A DNA stretch of 64,000 bases, from the NCBI RefSeq assembly GCF_006345805.1, contig NC_042997.1, forward strand, positions 105,896,001 to 105,960,000, given 5' to 3'. This document shows positions 49,415 through 62,405 of this stretch, piece by piece; position 1 is the first letter of the stretch, and every line of letters starts with the position of its first letter. The stretch comes from Octopus sinensis (taxonomy: Eukaryota). The notes beneath the pieces were generated by a model. The model was not told the origin of the DNA. It worked only from the letters and a program-made list of their open reading frames with translations, and did not search any database. A program made the position numbers and the translations under genes.

Positions 49415-49809
49415 ACACAGAAATAAACAGGGAGAGAAAATAGAAAAAGGTATAGTGGCTAGCGATCTATCATGGCGAATGCCGGAGAGAAACGACAATA
49501 GGAAAAAGCAGAAATTACAAGAAAGTTTTGAAAAGCTCAAAGGGTTCAAGCATCGTGGTGTATTGGAGTGATTTCTCATCAAAGGAAGAGTCCAGTGTAA
49601 TCCATGGGTAGGAGAGTAGAAGAAAGTCCAGGTAGAGAATCCAGGTAGAATAGTCCAGGAAAAGTTCGAAGTGGAGGCGGAAACAGGATAAAACTGGTGC
49701 AATCACGTGAGTGTGTGATATATAGTGAGAATTCACAAAAAACAAAAAAATGAGGACGAGTGTATAAACAACAAACAGATGTATTAGTTTAACGCTCGGG
49801 AAGTGAGAG

Positions 49810-49847
49810 TCTTTTACGTTTCGAGCCTACGCTCTTCGACAGAAAGG
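49810..49847 (-). ncRNA. Minimal hammerhead ribozyme motif
   Basis: Minus strand CCTTT-CTGTCGA-A-GAGCGTAGGCTC-GAA-ACGT-A-AAAGA; stem I CTTT/AAAG. Confidence 0.72.
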
Positions 49848-49938
49848 AACACGTGCGTTTGCGTGTGTGTGCTTGTATCCATGTACATACATACATACAT
49901 ACATAACGTGTATATATATATAGATATATATATATATA

Positions 49939-50105
49939 TTCTTTTACTTGGTTCAGTCATTTGACTACGGCCATGCTGGAACACCGCCTTTAGTCGAGTA
50001 AACCTAGTACTTATTCTATCGGCCTCTTTTGCCGAACAGCTAAGTTACGGGGAGGTAAATACACCAACATCGGTTGTCAAGCGATGTTGGGGGCACAAAC
50101 ACAGA
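49939..50105 (-). mobile_element. SINE family D, 3' half
   Basis: CTTTTACTTGGTTCAGTCATTTGACTACGGCCATGCTGGAACACCGCC..GGTTGTCAAGCGATGTTGGGGGCACAAACACAG. Confidence 0.8.
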
Positions 50106-50130
50106 CACACAAACATATACACACACACAT

Positions 50131-50169
<39 letters not shown>

Positions 50170-50260
50170 AGTATATATATGTATGTATGTATATATATGT
50201 ATGTATGTGCATATATATATATATACACACACACACAAACACACACACACACACACACAC

Positions 50261-50292
<32 letters not shown>

Positions 50293-50814
50293 CAAATATA
50301 TATATCTTTGAGGGGATGACCGCACCTAACTATTTTTCGCTAGTTGATATAAGATAACTCTTTAAGCAGCCGCAGCGCACGCGAACGGAGGAACGTTTGA
50401 TTAACTATTTAAAAATTTTATTTATTTATGACTTATGCTAGCGTCAGTGGTCTTACCTCAGGGGCGTTAGAGACTGATAGGATTGGCAAGAGAAGGCGAA
50501 ACCTAAAATTGACAGCTCTCTATATATCAACTAGTATTTTGTTAGTGTTGGATTCAAATATGATTCGACAATTTACTCTTACGCATTCTAAACGTATTAA
50601 AACAATTTCGTACAGTCAAGTGTGCTCTTGGGACTTATTGAGTAATCAGAGCACTACTTGGCGATGTAATCTTTTTCTAAAACCTCGCGTATATATAAGA
50701 CGGTGAGACATGGCCCTGTGGTTAAGAAGCTCACTTAGAAATATCATGCCCTTTCTCTCGACACCCTCAACTAGACACAGCTCTGGTATGGCCTCATGGC
50801 CTCAAGAAGGGGGA

Positions 50815-51009
50815 GAAGACGAAGAAGAAGAAGAAGAAGAAGAAGAAGAAAAAGAAGAAAAAGAAGACGAAGAAGGAGAACGAGAACGAGAACGAGAAGA
50901 AGAAGAAGAAGAAGAACAAGAACAAGAAGAACAAGAAGAAGAACAAGAAGAACAAGAACAAGAAGAAGAAGAAGAAGGAGAACGAAAAGAAGAAGGAAAA
51001 CGAGAAGAA

Positions 51010-51044
<35 letters not shown>

Positions 51045-51430
51045 AGAACGAGAACGAGAAGAAGAAGAAGGAGAACGAGAAGAAGAAGGAGAACGAGAAG
51101 AAGAAGGAGAACGAGAAGAAGAAGGAGAACGAGAAGAAGAAGAAGAAGAAGGAGAAGAAGATGAAGGAGAGGAGGAGAACGAGAAGAAGATGAAGGAGAA
51201 GAAGATGAAGGAGAAGAAGATGAAAGAGAATAAGATGAAGGAGAAGAGAAGAAGAAGAAGAAGAAAAAGAAGGGAGGAGGAGGAGGAGGAGAACGAGAAG
51301 AAGATGAAGGAGAACGAGAACGAGAAGGAGAACGAGAAGAAGAAGAAGAAGAAGAAGAAGAAGAAGAAGAAGAAGAAGAAGAAGAAAAGAAGAAGAAGAA
51401 GAAGAAGAAGAGAAGAAGAAGAAGAAGAAG
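50815..51430. repeat. Compound (GAA)n/(GAACGA)n/(GGA)n purine tract, ~615 bp
   Basis: Plus strand almost entirely G/A with occasional C or T. Confidence 0.95.
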
Positions 51431-52741
51431 ATTGAGCTATCATCAAAGTTTAATTTGTTAGTGAAATAATGCTGGGAAGTCAGAGGAGTAACATTTTGAT
51501 ATAAATTCCTTAATTCATTTCTAATTGCATTCAGCCATTGCGCATATAATGCTGAAACAGGGATTTCAAGATTATAATCAATAGTATTGGATCCAGTGAT
51601 TTAAATGATACTTCATCGAGTTCAGTTGGCTGGAGAGAAAAGTGGGGCCGGGCATCATTTGAACTTCTCACATTTTGAGATGCAGTTAATATATGTGTGT
51701 GTGTATGAGTGTATGTGTTTGTGTGTATATGTTTGTACACACGTACGCATTTACATGACTTGCATTGATTACAAGATAGAATAGAAACCATTTCTACACT
51801 GCATTTGTACTGTATGCAGAAACAGTGACAAAGCCAGTATAATAGAGATATCACATATATTTCTTGTGTGTTCGGTTTTTAACCTCTTTCCATCAAGTAA
51901 CATCACCATCCCCACCATCTATAACACCTCCATCGTCATCATTATCATCATTGTCATCACCACCATTACCACCATACCACTATTCACCGCCATTAAGATA
52001 CCTCAACAGAAGCACCACTATCACCACCACCATCATCATCACCACCACCATCAACACCACCATCATCACCACCACCACCATCACTCCTCTGTAACTGAGT
52101 TATAGAGCATACTCAATTGATACAATGAAGCAAACATGTAATTTATTTAGAAAGCCAATATTCCAAACGTAGAAGAAGGAAGACAATTACATCAAGAACC
52201 CGTTTACATCGTTTAAACCTAAACTGATTTCAAATCATCATTGAAATTTTCGAAACCAAAACCAAAATATAGATAAATATATATAAATAAAATTTTTTTT
52301 TTTTTAAATCTTGCTCCGAAGTATTGCACAGAATTCAATTTATTTCTAACGGAAATTTTCTAAATTGATTGAAAAAGTAAAAAGAACGTATCAGTTACAA
52401 ACTACACTTTCTAGAATTAAGTACAATTTCAAACGCTTATTATCATATTATCATATTAAATTTCTTCTTTGTTATTGGCATCGAAATTGTTTCGGAAATT
52501 TCTCTCAAGATTAACTGGTTTTATTTGTTTTTGTTTTTCTTTAATAAATATTGCTTGTACTGGTAGTGTTAGTTGTATTATTAATATCAGTAGTATTAGT
52601 AGAGTTCGTAGCAATAATACTATTGTTAGTTGGCTGGTTTCACTGTGTTCATATTTCAATATTTCTCCTAAATAATCTTTGTAGCTTTCAGGCAATCTCT
52701 CTTTCTCTCCTTTCTGTTCTCTCAGTACGCACATACATTAA

Positions 52742-52772
<31 letters not shown>

Positions 52773-52774
52773 CA

Positions 52775-52806
<32 letters not shown>

Positions 52807-53018
52807 ATACATATATATTTATACATATACAGATATGCATGCAGACATAGACACATATTAATGTATATAATACATACACACGCATGCACACACACACATA
52901 CACTCACACATTTATATGTATGTGTATACACAGGGAATATATTCAATATATATGTGTGTGTGTGTGTGTCTGTATATGTATGCATGTATACATATAATGT
53001 ATGTATGTATGTATGCGT

Positions 53019-53075
<57 letters not shown>

Positions 53076-53408
53076 GTATGTATGTATGTATGTATGCGTA
53101 TGTATGGAGGAAAATTAAACACGTTTGTGTGGATGTGTTTCTCACATATTTGTTTGAAAGTCATGTTTGTGCATGTGATTTGTGTGTATTCCAGTGTGTG
53201 TGTGTGTGTGTGTGTGTTGTGTGTGTGTGTGTGGTGTGTGTGTGTGTGTACAAGCAAGCAGGTCTCTGAGTGTGTCAGAATGTTGTCTACAATTCAAGAA
53301 TATTGTATGGACGACTTGTTAAATTTCGAATAGACAACTTGAGCTGGGAATAGTAGTCAGTCAAGAACAGTTCTCATGGTTAAAATAATAATAATAATAA
53401 TAATAACA

Positions 53409-53461
<53 letters not shown>

Positions 53462-54049
53462 TGCAAAAGCAGCGGATGAAGGTTCGCAGGATGGCGAATG
53501 TGTTAAATTCTATTCACTTTTCTTTCCGACGGAAATAAACAGAGGGAAGTTTAAAGTTAAGGAACAAAGACAGTATCAGGATTTTGTTATTGGACAGATC
53601 CCTGATTTATAATTAAGGAAACCGATATGGTTGTATTGTGGTCCAGACAATCTACCAAATATAAGGCAGCATTAATAGTTCCGATAAACAATATTCAGGA
53701 ATATCACATATCTAAAACATGACCTGATACGTACTAATAATACTTTCATTTATGGCGGGTTTAGTTTGTTAGTTGCTCGTTTTGTTGTCCTCTTTGTTGG
53801 AGTTGCTATGGTTGTTATTGTTGTTGTTGCTGTTTAGCCTCAAGCCGTTCTTGACTGAACAGTCGTATGATTAACTAAAGATATTCCAGCCGTGACCACC
53901 CCATGTTTTTAGAGCATTAGATGCTACATTCTCGCTCTACACTATTTAATGTTGTATTCGGGAAGGTCATTTTATTTATTTATTTATTTATTTTATTTTA
54001 TTTATTTATTTTATTTATTTATTTACCAAATAAGCACATGCACGATATG

Positions 54050-54302
54050 TATATTTTTTCTTCTCTCGTTTAATACTGGTCTAATCTGTTCTATGTCCAT
54101 TGTCCGGAAATCTTTCGTTATACATCTGTGACCTCTTCAGCGACACTTTTCGTTTCTCTGTGTGTTCTTGATAGAAAACGGAAAGTTCTTGCAAGGAAAC
54201 GAAAAGTATCGCTGAAGTGGTCACAGATGTGTGACGAAAGATTTCCAGAAAATAGACATAAAATAAATTAGACCAGTAATAAACGAGTGAAGAAAAAATA
54301 TA
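54050..54302. mobile_element. MITE-like palindrome, ~250 bp
   Basis: TATATTTTTTCTTCTCTCGTTTAATACTGGTCTAAT..CTTTTCGTTTC mirrored by GAAACGAAAAG..ATTAGACCAGTAATAAACGAGTGAAGAAAAAATATA. Confidence 0.85.
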
Positions 54303-54942
54303 TATGTATATAGTGCGTGTGTTTATTTGTCAATAAATAAATAAATAAAGTGACCATACGAAATACAACTATATCTGTTTCAACACACGGTTTCACATCA
54401 GGAATCTTGCAAAACGAATCGATAAACATTATTCAGTGTGTTCTTTTTAAAAAATACTGTAAGATGTGATTTGAAGAAGATTTGCTTGTTTCATATATCA
54501 GTCGAGTAGAATTTCCATTTATACTAGTGGAAAGCATTAATTTCGAATTTTAACCTTTTATCATTTAAATCGAAATATCTAGCCCAAATATTCTATCTGT
54601 TTTATGTTCAAACTAGCTAGATCAAGCCTTTCGCACCTACACTACAATGTCACTTTAAAAATAATGACATCATCGAAATTCCGAAATTACGCGATAATGC
54701 ATGATTGATTCAAAACAATGTGAAGAAATAAGCATTTCATTTGACAGAAAAATTTGAATGCTAAAAGATTAGGCTGTCATGCAATATTTTAATTCAAATA
54801 CTTCTACTAACCTTATCATGCAGACATACTTATACACACACATGTATACACGCATACACAGGCACGCATACACTCATATAAAACATATATACACACACAG
54901 ACACGCATACATACTTTCATAAGAAGTATCAGAGTTATCAGT

Positions 54943-55329
54943 GAACTGATAACGTCTGTGGATTGGCACAATCGTTAGAGCGTCAGAAAAAAATCTACTT
55001 TGTGTTCCGAGTTCAAATCCCACCTAGGTCAGCACTTGAGAAATTTTAAGAGCTATAAAATTTGTTAAATTCAAATCCCACTGAGAAATTTTAAGACCTA
55101 TAAAATTTGTTAAAATACCACTTATGTACTGGAGTTGATATACTCGAGTAAATTCCCGAACTGATAACGTCTGTGGATTGGCACAATCGTTAGGGTGTCA
55201 GAAAAAAAACTACCTTGTATTCGGAGTTCAAATCCCACCTAGGTCAACAGTTGAGAAATTTTAAGAGCTATAAAATTTGTTAAAATACCTCTTATGTACT
55301 GGGGTTGATATTATCGAGTAAATTCCCGA
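54943..55329 (+). repeat. Tandem duplication of a degenerate SINE-like segment (215 and 172 bp)
   Basis: GAACTGATAACGTCTGTGGATTGGCACAATCGTTAG starts at 54943 and again at 55158; both units end GAGTAAATTCCC. Confidence 0.85.
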
Positions 55330-55656
55330 GCGTAAGCGCATATCCAAATTAATTAATAGCGCACTGGACACTAAGTCTCCTTAAAAAATGGTAATATCTG
55401 AACAAGTTACATTCCCGACATAGTTTCGATCATTACAACCTGTACAGAATTAATGCTCTTAAGAAAATATGAGGGTGGCGAAATGCAATTTTTCATTCCC
55501 TTTAGAAAAAATATGGTCAGAATGTATAATTTTTATTCAAATATACAACTAATTTTGACTAGGACCGCAATGAGTTAGTAATAGCTCAAATAAGAAATAC
55601 AGAAAAAAAAGTAACTTTATCTAGCGTTCCACCAGTTATAGTATTCAGCAACATAA

Positions 55657-56045
55657 TCTCTCTCTATATATAAAGCTGAAGTTGTCTGTGTATGGCAGGT
55701 TTGGTAGCCTTCAGCTAACACTATCTCCTCCGAGACCCTGCGGCACAATTTGACCAAAATTGAGAGTATGATAGAAGGCTTGCTCTTCATTCCGTAGAAG
55801 ATAAAATTCAAACCGGACCATGTTAAGACCAAAAATTATTTACATCAAAAAGGTGCTTTTTTTCTATGAAAATCCCTATCTTTTACGATTTTTTGACTGC
55901 TGTGTTGCCATTTTCAGTGTATTTCAACCAGAAAAATGTTCACTTAAAGAGAATTACAAGCTACATAATGCAAAATTTTTACTTTTCAAAAATTCCAATT
56001 CTGAAGAGTCAAAACAAACCCGAGCAACGCCGGGGATACTGCTCG
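55657..56045 (+). mobile_element. Non-autonomous Helitron-like element (~390 bp)
   Basis: A|TC..TCTATATATAAAGCTGAAGTTGTCTGTGT 5' end; 3' hairpin CCCG-AGCAACGC-CGGG (56019-56034), then CTCG|T (variant of CTRR); sits between A and T. Confidence 0.7.
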
Positions 56046-57124
56046 TATTAGATATAATGAGTTTTAAATAAGAAGAAGATTACGAGTGTTATGGAGATGT
56101 ATGGTAGACATAGATGATCTCAGTATATAATCATTACTGTATCTCATCGAACCAGGAAGGATATATGGCAAAGCTTACTTGGGAATGAATTAAAAAGAGA
56201 ACGTAAAATTAAGTAAATGAATTTCAAATTCTGCAAGGTAGTGTATCCGACGCTACACTCATTTTCTAGTCCCGATCTTCAATTACTTTTAAATTATTTA
56301 ACGATCGAGGGAGCCCCCAGGTTGATGTTTAACGCGTTGGTTAACTAAATCGTTTTAAATATAGGAAAAAATACATTGGAGAATGTAGTTCTCGCTGCCC
56401 CTAAAAATGTGAGATGATGAGGGCTAGAACTGGAATGTTTTGAATATAGGTCTGCTTGGTTACACTTAATAGGGGCTAAAAATGAAGAACAACAACTTCT
56501 AAATTTGATTAATAAGGGATCAGTCTGCAATTGATAAATACAGTAGGTAGTGAATTGGCAGAATTGTTAGAACCTAGGACAAAATACTTTGCAGTATTTG
56601 TTCCGGATCTCTCCGAACGAAGTTCAATATCTGCTGAGATCAACTTAGCCTTTCATCATTTCGAGGCCGATAAAATAACGTATAATTCCGGAGCAATGGA
56701 TAAGTAGTATCGATAGAGCGTTGGACGCTATATTTTACGACGTTTATTCCGACTTTGTACATTATTGACAAGTAACCCTAATCCGCCGCTCAAAAAACTG
56801 AAAGTTTCGCAGATCATGTTTTTCCAAGTATATCAGCGACTTAAATTTAGTGAAACGGATTCCCTGTAGAATTGAAACCGTTTCGTAATCTTCACCTGAT
56901 CCTTGACTACAGTCTATTTGCGGTATGACATCCGACAATATTCTCTTAAAGGGTAAAGGAAGTGTGATCCCTTTTCCTAACCGTCTTTTTATTCTTTGTT
57001 ACTTTTTCAGTCAAATCATTAAGTACTCATTCACTTAAATCATTCATTTAATTATTAGTACTTATTCTATCATTCATTCCCATCATTTACGTTTTCGAAG
57101 ACTAATTCACTCTCCGACTTTTAA

Positions 57125-58445
57125 TTCACTTACTCATTCCCTACCTTCTATCACTCACTAATCCACCTACTTGTTCACTATTCCCCTTTTTTCACTCACT
57201 ATTTCACCCACTTATTCACTCATTCCCCTTTCTTTCACTCACCAATTCACCCACTTATTCACTCATTCCCCTTTCTTTCACCCACTATTTCACCCACTTA
57301 TTCACCCATTCCCCTTTCTTTCACCCACTATTTCACCCACTTATTCACTCGTTCCCCTTTCTTTCACCCACTATTTCACCCACTTATTCACTCATTCCTC
57401 TTTCTTTCACCCACTATTTCACCCACTATTTCACCCACTTATTCACCCATTCCCCTTTCTTTCACCCACTATTTCACCCACTTATTCACCCATTCCCCTT
57501 TCTTTCACCCACTATTTCACCCACTTATTCACTCATTCCCCTTTCTTTCACCCACTATTTCACCCACTTATTCACTCATTCCCCTTTCTTTCACCCACTA
57601 TTTCACCCACTATTTCACCCACTTATTCACCCATTCCCCTTTCTTTCACTCACTATTTCACCCACTTATTCACCCATTCCCCTTTCTTTCACCCACTATT
57701 TCACCCACTTATTCACCCATTCCCCTTTCTTTCAGCCACTATTTCACCCACTTATTCACTCATTCCCCTTTCTTTCACCCACTATTTCACCCACTTATTC
57801 ACTCATTCCCCTTTCTTTCACCCACTATTTCACTCACTTATTCACTCATTCCCCTTTCTTTCACCCACTATTTCACCCACTTATTCACTCATTCCCCTTT
57901 CTTTCACTCACTAATTCACCCACTTATTCACTCATTCCCCTTTCCTTCTTCTTTCACACCCACTATTTTAACACCCACTATTCTTCACCCACTTATCACC
58001 CATTCCCCTTTTCCTTTTTCACCCACTATTTCACCCACTTATTCACCCATTCCCCCCTTCTTTCACCCACTATTTCCACTATTTCACCCACTTATTCACC
58101 CATTCCCCTTTTCTTTCTTTCACCCACTATTTCACCCACTTATTCACCCATTCCCCTTTCTTTCACCCACTATTTCACCCACTTATTCACTCATTCCCCT
58201 TTCTTTCACTCACTAATTCACCCACTTATTCACTCATTCCCACTTCTTTCACTCATTATTTCACCCATTTATTCACCCATTCTCCCTTCTATCACTCGCT
58301 GTTTCACCCACTTGTTCACTTATTCCCCACTTGTATCACCCACTATTTCACCTACTTATTCAACCCTTCTCCACTTCTGTCACTCGCTATTTCAACCACT
58401 TATTCACTCATTCCCCACTTCTGTAACTTTCTATTTCACCCACAT
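57125..58445. repeat. 43-bp minisatellite array (roughly 30 copies)
   Basis: Unit CACCCACTATTT-CACCCACTTATT-CAC(T/C)CATTCCCCTTTCTTT; homogeneous centre, degenerate edges. Confidence 0.95.
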
Positions 58446-59645
58446 ATTCGTTCATTCTATCACTGAGTAACATTCCTCATTTACTCAGTTATTCATTCAA
58501 TTCTCCCTCCACTCGTTCATTTTCTCTTTCGTCCACCCACTCATTCAATTTATTCAGTAAATCTGTTAGAATTGAAGACAATAAATTAATTAAATAGTGG
58601 CCTATATTGATTGAATATAACAAGTTTTAGATGACAATTGATAATAATCGATGATAATCAATAGTAACAGATGGTAAAAGAAAAATCTCTCCAATTTTTT
58701 TTATTGATTCTTCACAAAATTTCTTTGCTGTAATACGAAAATATCAGCTCAAATGTGATGTCTGTTCTTTTCCTCATCTAATCACCATTGATTAGAACAA
58801 AACCAGGTCGTTAATAATAGGTTTGATGAACAGCTTTTCATCACACGGCCATGTCGCCTTTACTTTGTGTTTAAACAATGTCACATCGCTGTAAGCAGGG
58901 AGAGGTGTTTGTTGAATTTGTAAACCAACTGCACGCTTAGAATAGGCTGCCTCTCATTTTACTAAAGTAAGTTATATAAAGTGCTTTTCATTGTTATCTT
59001 AACTGGTCCTTGGTCGGTAAGGATTGAGCAGGCTTATAATCAAGAGCATTCCAGCTATGGCCATCTCGACTTTTATTCAATCTATACCTGCATTGTCGAA
59101 TTTGTGCTACACATCTTCTAAACATAGTGCTTAAGACCTGATAGAATTTTGCTGCGATTTCTAGCAAGTAAAGTGACGCTGAGAGGATTTTGATAAGTAC
59201 TTTGTCGTCTTTTAAGGCGGGGAAAAACCGTCATAATAGGTATTTAAGTCTTGGAATCCGATCCACTTGTTTGACATACGAGATTTTTACAGAAACTCTA
59301 GGTTTCAACTTTCTATAAGAGATATGGCTTGGCCAACAGGATTTACGTGAAGGAAAATTTTTGAAACTATTAAATATGTGCGACATAGCTCAAGTGTAGA
59401 GTCTCCTTGCAACACATGCACAACATCCTGATTGAAGATCAAGAATATAGCTTGACATTGAAGCTGTGTCTCTTTATTTCACAAGCAGGAGTTAAGAACT
59501 AAGTAAAATGAAGCTAAGTGTTTCTTGAGTAGATTAATGTTATTCTAATATATCAGTTTCATATGTCCATGTTTTAGTCTCGATTGTTGATGCTGATGCT
59601 AAAATTGATAGCGTTTCCAGTATACTTCCAGTTACGACAATATGC

Positions 59646-59771
<126 letters not shown>

Positions 59772-60396
59772 TACAAACTGGGACAAGAACGCAAAACATT
59801 TAGAAGACGATACAAAAAACACTGACGGGACATTCGAAGCCTTCAATCTTCAGTCAAGAACCGGATCATCCTCGCAATATATATATATCATTTAATAAGC
59901 ACAATATATGTCTGTATGTGCTAGTATTAGTTTCATGCGATGAGTGCATGTCACACAGTATTTTGTAACACGTCTGATGTCTCAGCGCAATCTTCAGGCA
60001 CTACCCACGTGGCCTAACAAGCTAAAAATAGGACGATAGGATGAGAGGAAACGCGAGAAAAGGCGAGAAAGAAGTATATATAAAGGCAAAAGGCTGAAAA
60101 ACAGAAAAATGAAAAAGAAAACAGAAAGAAGCAAAATGGGAAGAATTAGAATTATTTCCCCCATTGAGCGTAAAATATAAGGCTGAAAAGATAGTGGTTT
60201 AGGGTCTGCGGTTCAGCTGCTCAATTCGGAGAAAGTTGTACTTTCCAATTCGTCGACAGGAACTTAGCCATATATATATATACATACACGCACAGACACA
60301 TACACATACGCATACACATATAGACGCACAAACACACACACGCACACACACATGCGCACAAGCAATCACACGCGTACACGCACACAAATGCACACA

Positions 60397-60436
<40 letters not shown>

Positions 60437-60762
60437 TGCTTAACCAGACTTGAAACATCCAATGCAGAGTTTCTAACCACCACAATAGTGAAAAGTGCGT
60501 CCGGGAGAAACAAAGGCTATAAGCTTCTCTTTATCGTAATTCCTCTGCATTACTTTATCGTAATTCTTCATGCATCTACTGTGTATGTCATAGTTAGTAG
60601 TTGTTTAACCCTTATACTTGAGACAGACTGAATGAGGATAATCTACGTAGAGCTCTAAACTTAACAGTAGCAGTCGTACACCTATTTGTACACACAAGAT
60701 ACACTATATGTGTGTATGTATACACACATACACGCACACATACATACATGCATATATATATA

Positions 60763-60821
<59 letters not shown>

Positions 60822-60843
60822 CATACATACATACATACATATA

Positions 60844-61010
60844 GGCGTAGGAGTGGCTGTGTGGTATGAAGCTTGCTTCCCAACCACATAGTTACGAGTT
60901 CAATCCCACTGTGTGGAAGCTTGGCTAAATGTGATCTCCTATAGCCTCGGGCCCACCAAAGCCCTTTGAGTGGATTGGGAAGACGGAAACTGAAAGAAAC
61001 CCGTCGTATA
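60844..61010 (+). mobile_element. SINE family D, 5' half
   Basis: GGCGTAGGAGTGGCTGTGTGGTATGAAGC..GAGTTCAATCCC..TATAGCCTCGGGCCCACCAAAGCC..GAAACTGAAAGAAACCCGTCGTATATA. Confidence 0.85.
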
Positions 61011-61049
61011 TACACACACACACGACAAGATTCTTTCAGTTTCTTATTT

Positions 61050-61463
61050 CTTTATTGCCCACAAGTGGTTAAACATAGAGGGGACAAACAAGGACAGACA
61101 AACGGATTAAGTCGATTACATCGACCCCAGTGCGTAACTGGTACTTAATTTATCGACCCCGAAAGGATGAAAAGCAAAGTCGACTCCGGCGGAATTTGAA
61201 CTCAGAACGTAGCGACAGACGAAATACCTATTTCTCTGCTACCCACAAGGGGCTAAACGCAGAGAGAACAAACAAGGACAGACAGACAGACGGATTAAGT
61301 CGATTATATCAACCCCAGTGCGTAACTGGTACTTATTTAATCGACCCTGAAAGGATGGAATGCAAAGTCGACCTTGGTGGAATTTGAACTCAGAACGTAG
61401 CGGCAGACGAAATACCGCTAAGCATTTCGCCCGGCGTGGTAACGTTTCTGCCAGCTCGCCGCC
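61050..61463 (-). mobile_element. SINE family A dimer (full monomer 61229-61463 plus 5'-truncated monomer)
   Basis: On the minus strand the full copy ends GAGAAATAG and the second starts GTATTTCGTCTGTCGCTACG. Confidence 0.85.
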
Positions 61464-62343
61464 TTTCAGTTTCTGTCTACCAAAATCAAGATTCTTTCAG
61501 TTTCTGTCTACCAAAATCACTCACCGGGCTTTGGTCGGCCCTACACTGTAGTAGAAGATTGTTGCGCAATGTACCACGTAGTAGGACTGAACCGGGAACT
61601 ACACCTGCGCCTATATATTCTGTTTTTTTTTCTTTTTATATTTTGAACAATCCTAGACTGTGGTCTGAGTATTATTTCCTTCAGTAATTTCAGATGATCA
61701 AAGTTCACAAAATATAACACACGTACAGTATGCATATACATGAGTGCATGTGTATGCGTTTATGTGATGGGTGAGGTTGGGGTGGGGTGGTTGTATGCAT
61801 AAGTGTACAGGAAGGTACGATACGTTACCAAAATGCTTGCTCTACACAACGCGTCTTGGCAACAACCATGAATATTTTGAATAGGTGATCTTGCAAATTC
61901 GTATCCTGCTATATATTAATGATAACAACAGATAACATTAACCGTATTGCTAATCTTATATGATATGCCAGTGTTTCAGTAAACCAATTGTTGAAATTGC
62001 ACCGGCTGATTGTCCTGATCACTTCAATTGGTACACTTCATCGGTATTATCAGTCAAATTTCTCTGACCTGCATCCGCCATTTTCTATCATCCTGTCTTC
62101 TACGGCCATGTATGCACAGACACACAGACACACACACACACATACACACACACACACACATACACACACATACACACACACTCACACACACACACTCGCA
62201 CACACACGTACACACACATACACACGCATACACACATACATACATATATGTATGCCTAAATACGTATATGTATGTGTATGAAGTAGATTACTCATTCTTT
62301 ACTGAGTCATCAACGTGTTTGTGTGCATACATTATGTATATAT

Positions 62344-62405
<62 letters not shown>

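Larger units (their letters stand above)
49291..49852 (-). mobile_element. Inverted tandem unit from a related Penelope-like family (two hammerheads ~434 nt apart)
   Basis: 49291-49420 and 49723-49852 are direct repeats. On the minus strand each holds CTGTCGAAGAGCGTAGGCTCGAAACGTA; the spacer resembles the element leader at ~44740-44900 (CTCACGTG..TTGATG(A/T)GAAATC..ACCACGA). Confidence 0.8.

Noticed and set aside
50710-51435. 241-aa Glu/Lys/Arg-rich ORF (and its overlapping frames)
   Set aside because: Translation of a (GAA)n compound microsatellite; open in several frames, with no splice or domain evidence.
51440-51600. Stop-free minus-strand frame reading SNTIDYNLEIPVSALYAQWLNAIRNELRNLYQNVTPLT
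   Set aside because: No start codon or in-phase splice acceptor, no recognisable family, and it runs into the TTC repeat.
52456-52734. 92-aa ORF with a signal-peptide-like hydrophobic stretch
   Set aside because: Starts within a (TATG)n repeat edge and the hydrophobic run derives from degenerate (TAG/TAT)n; no supporting gene structure.
57171-57914. 247-aa repetitive ORF
   Set aside because: Product of the 43-bp stop-poor minisatellite; unit length is not a multiple of 3.
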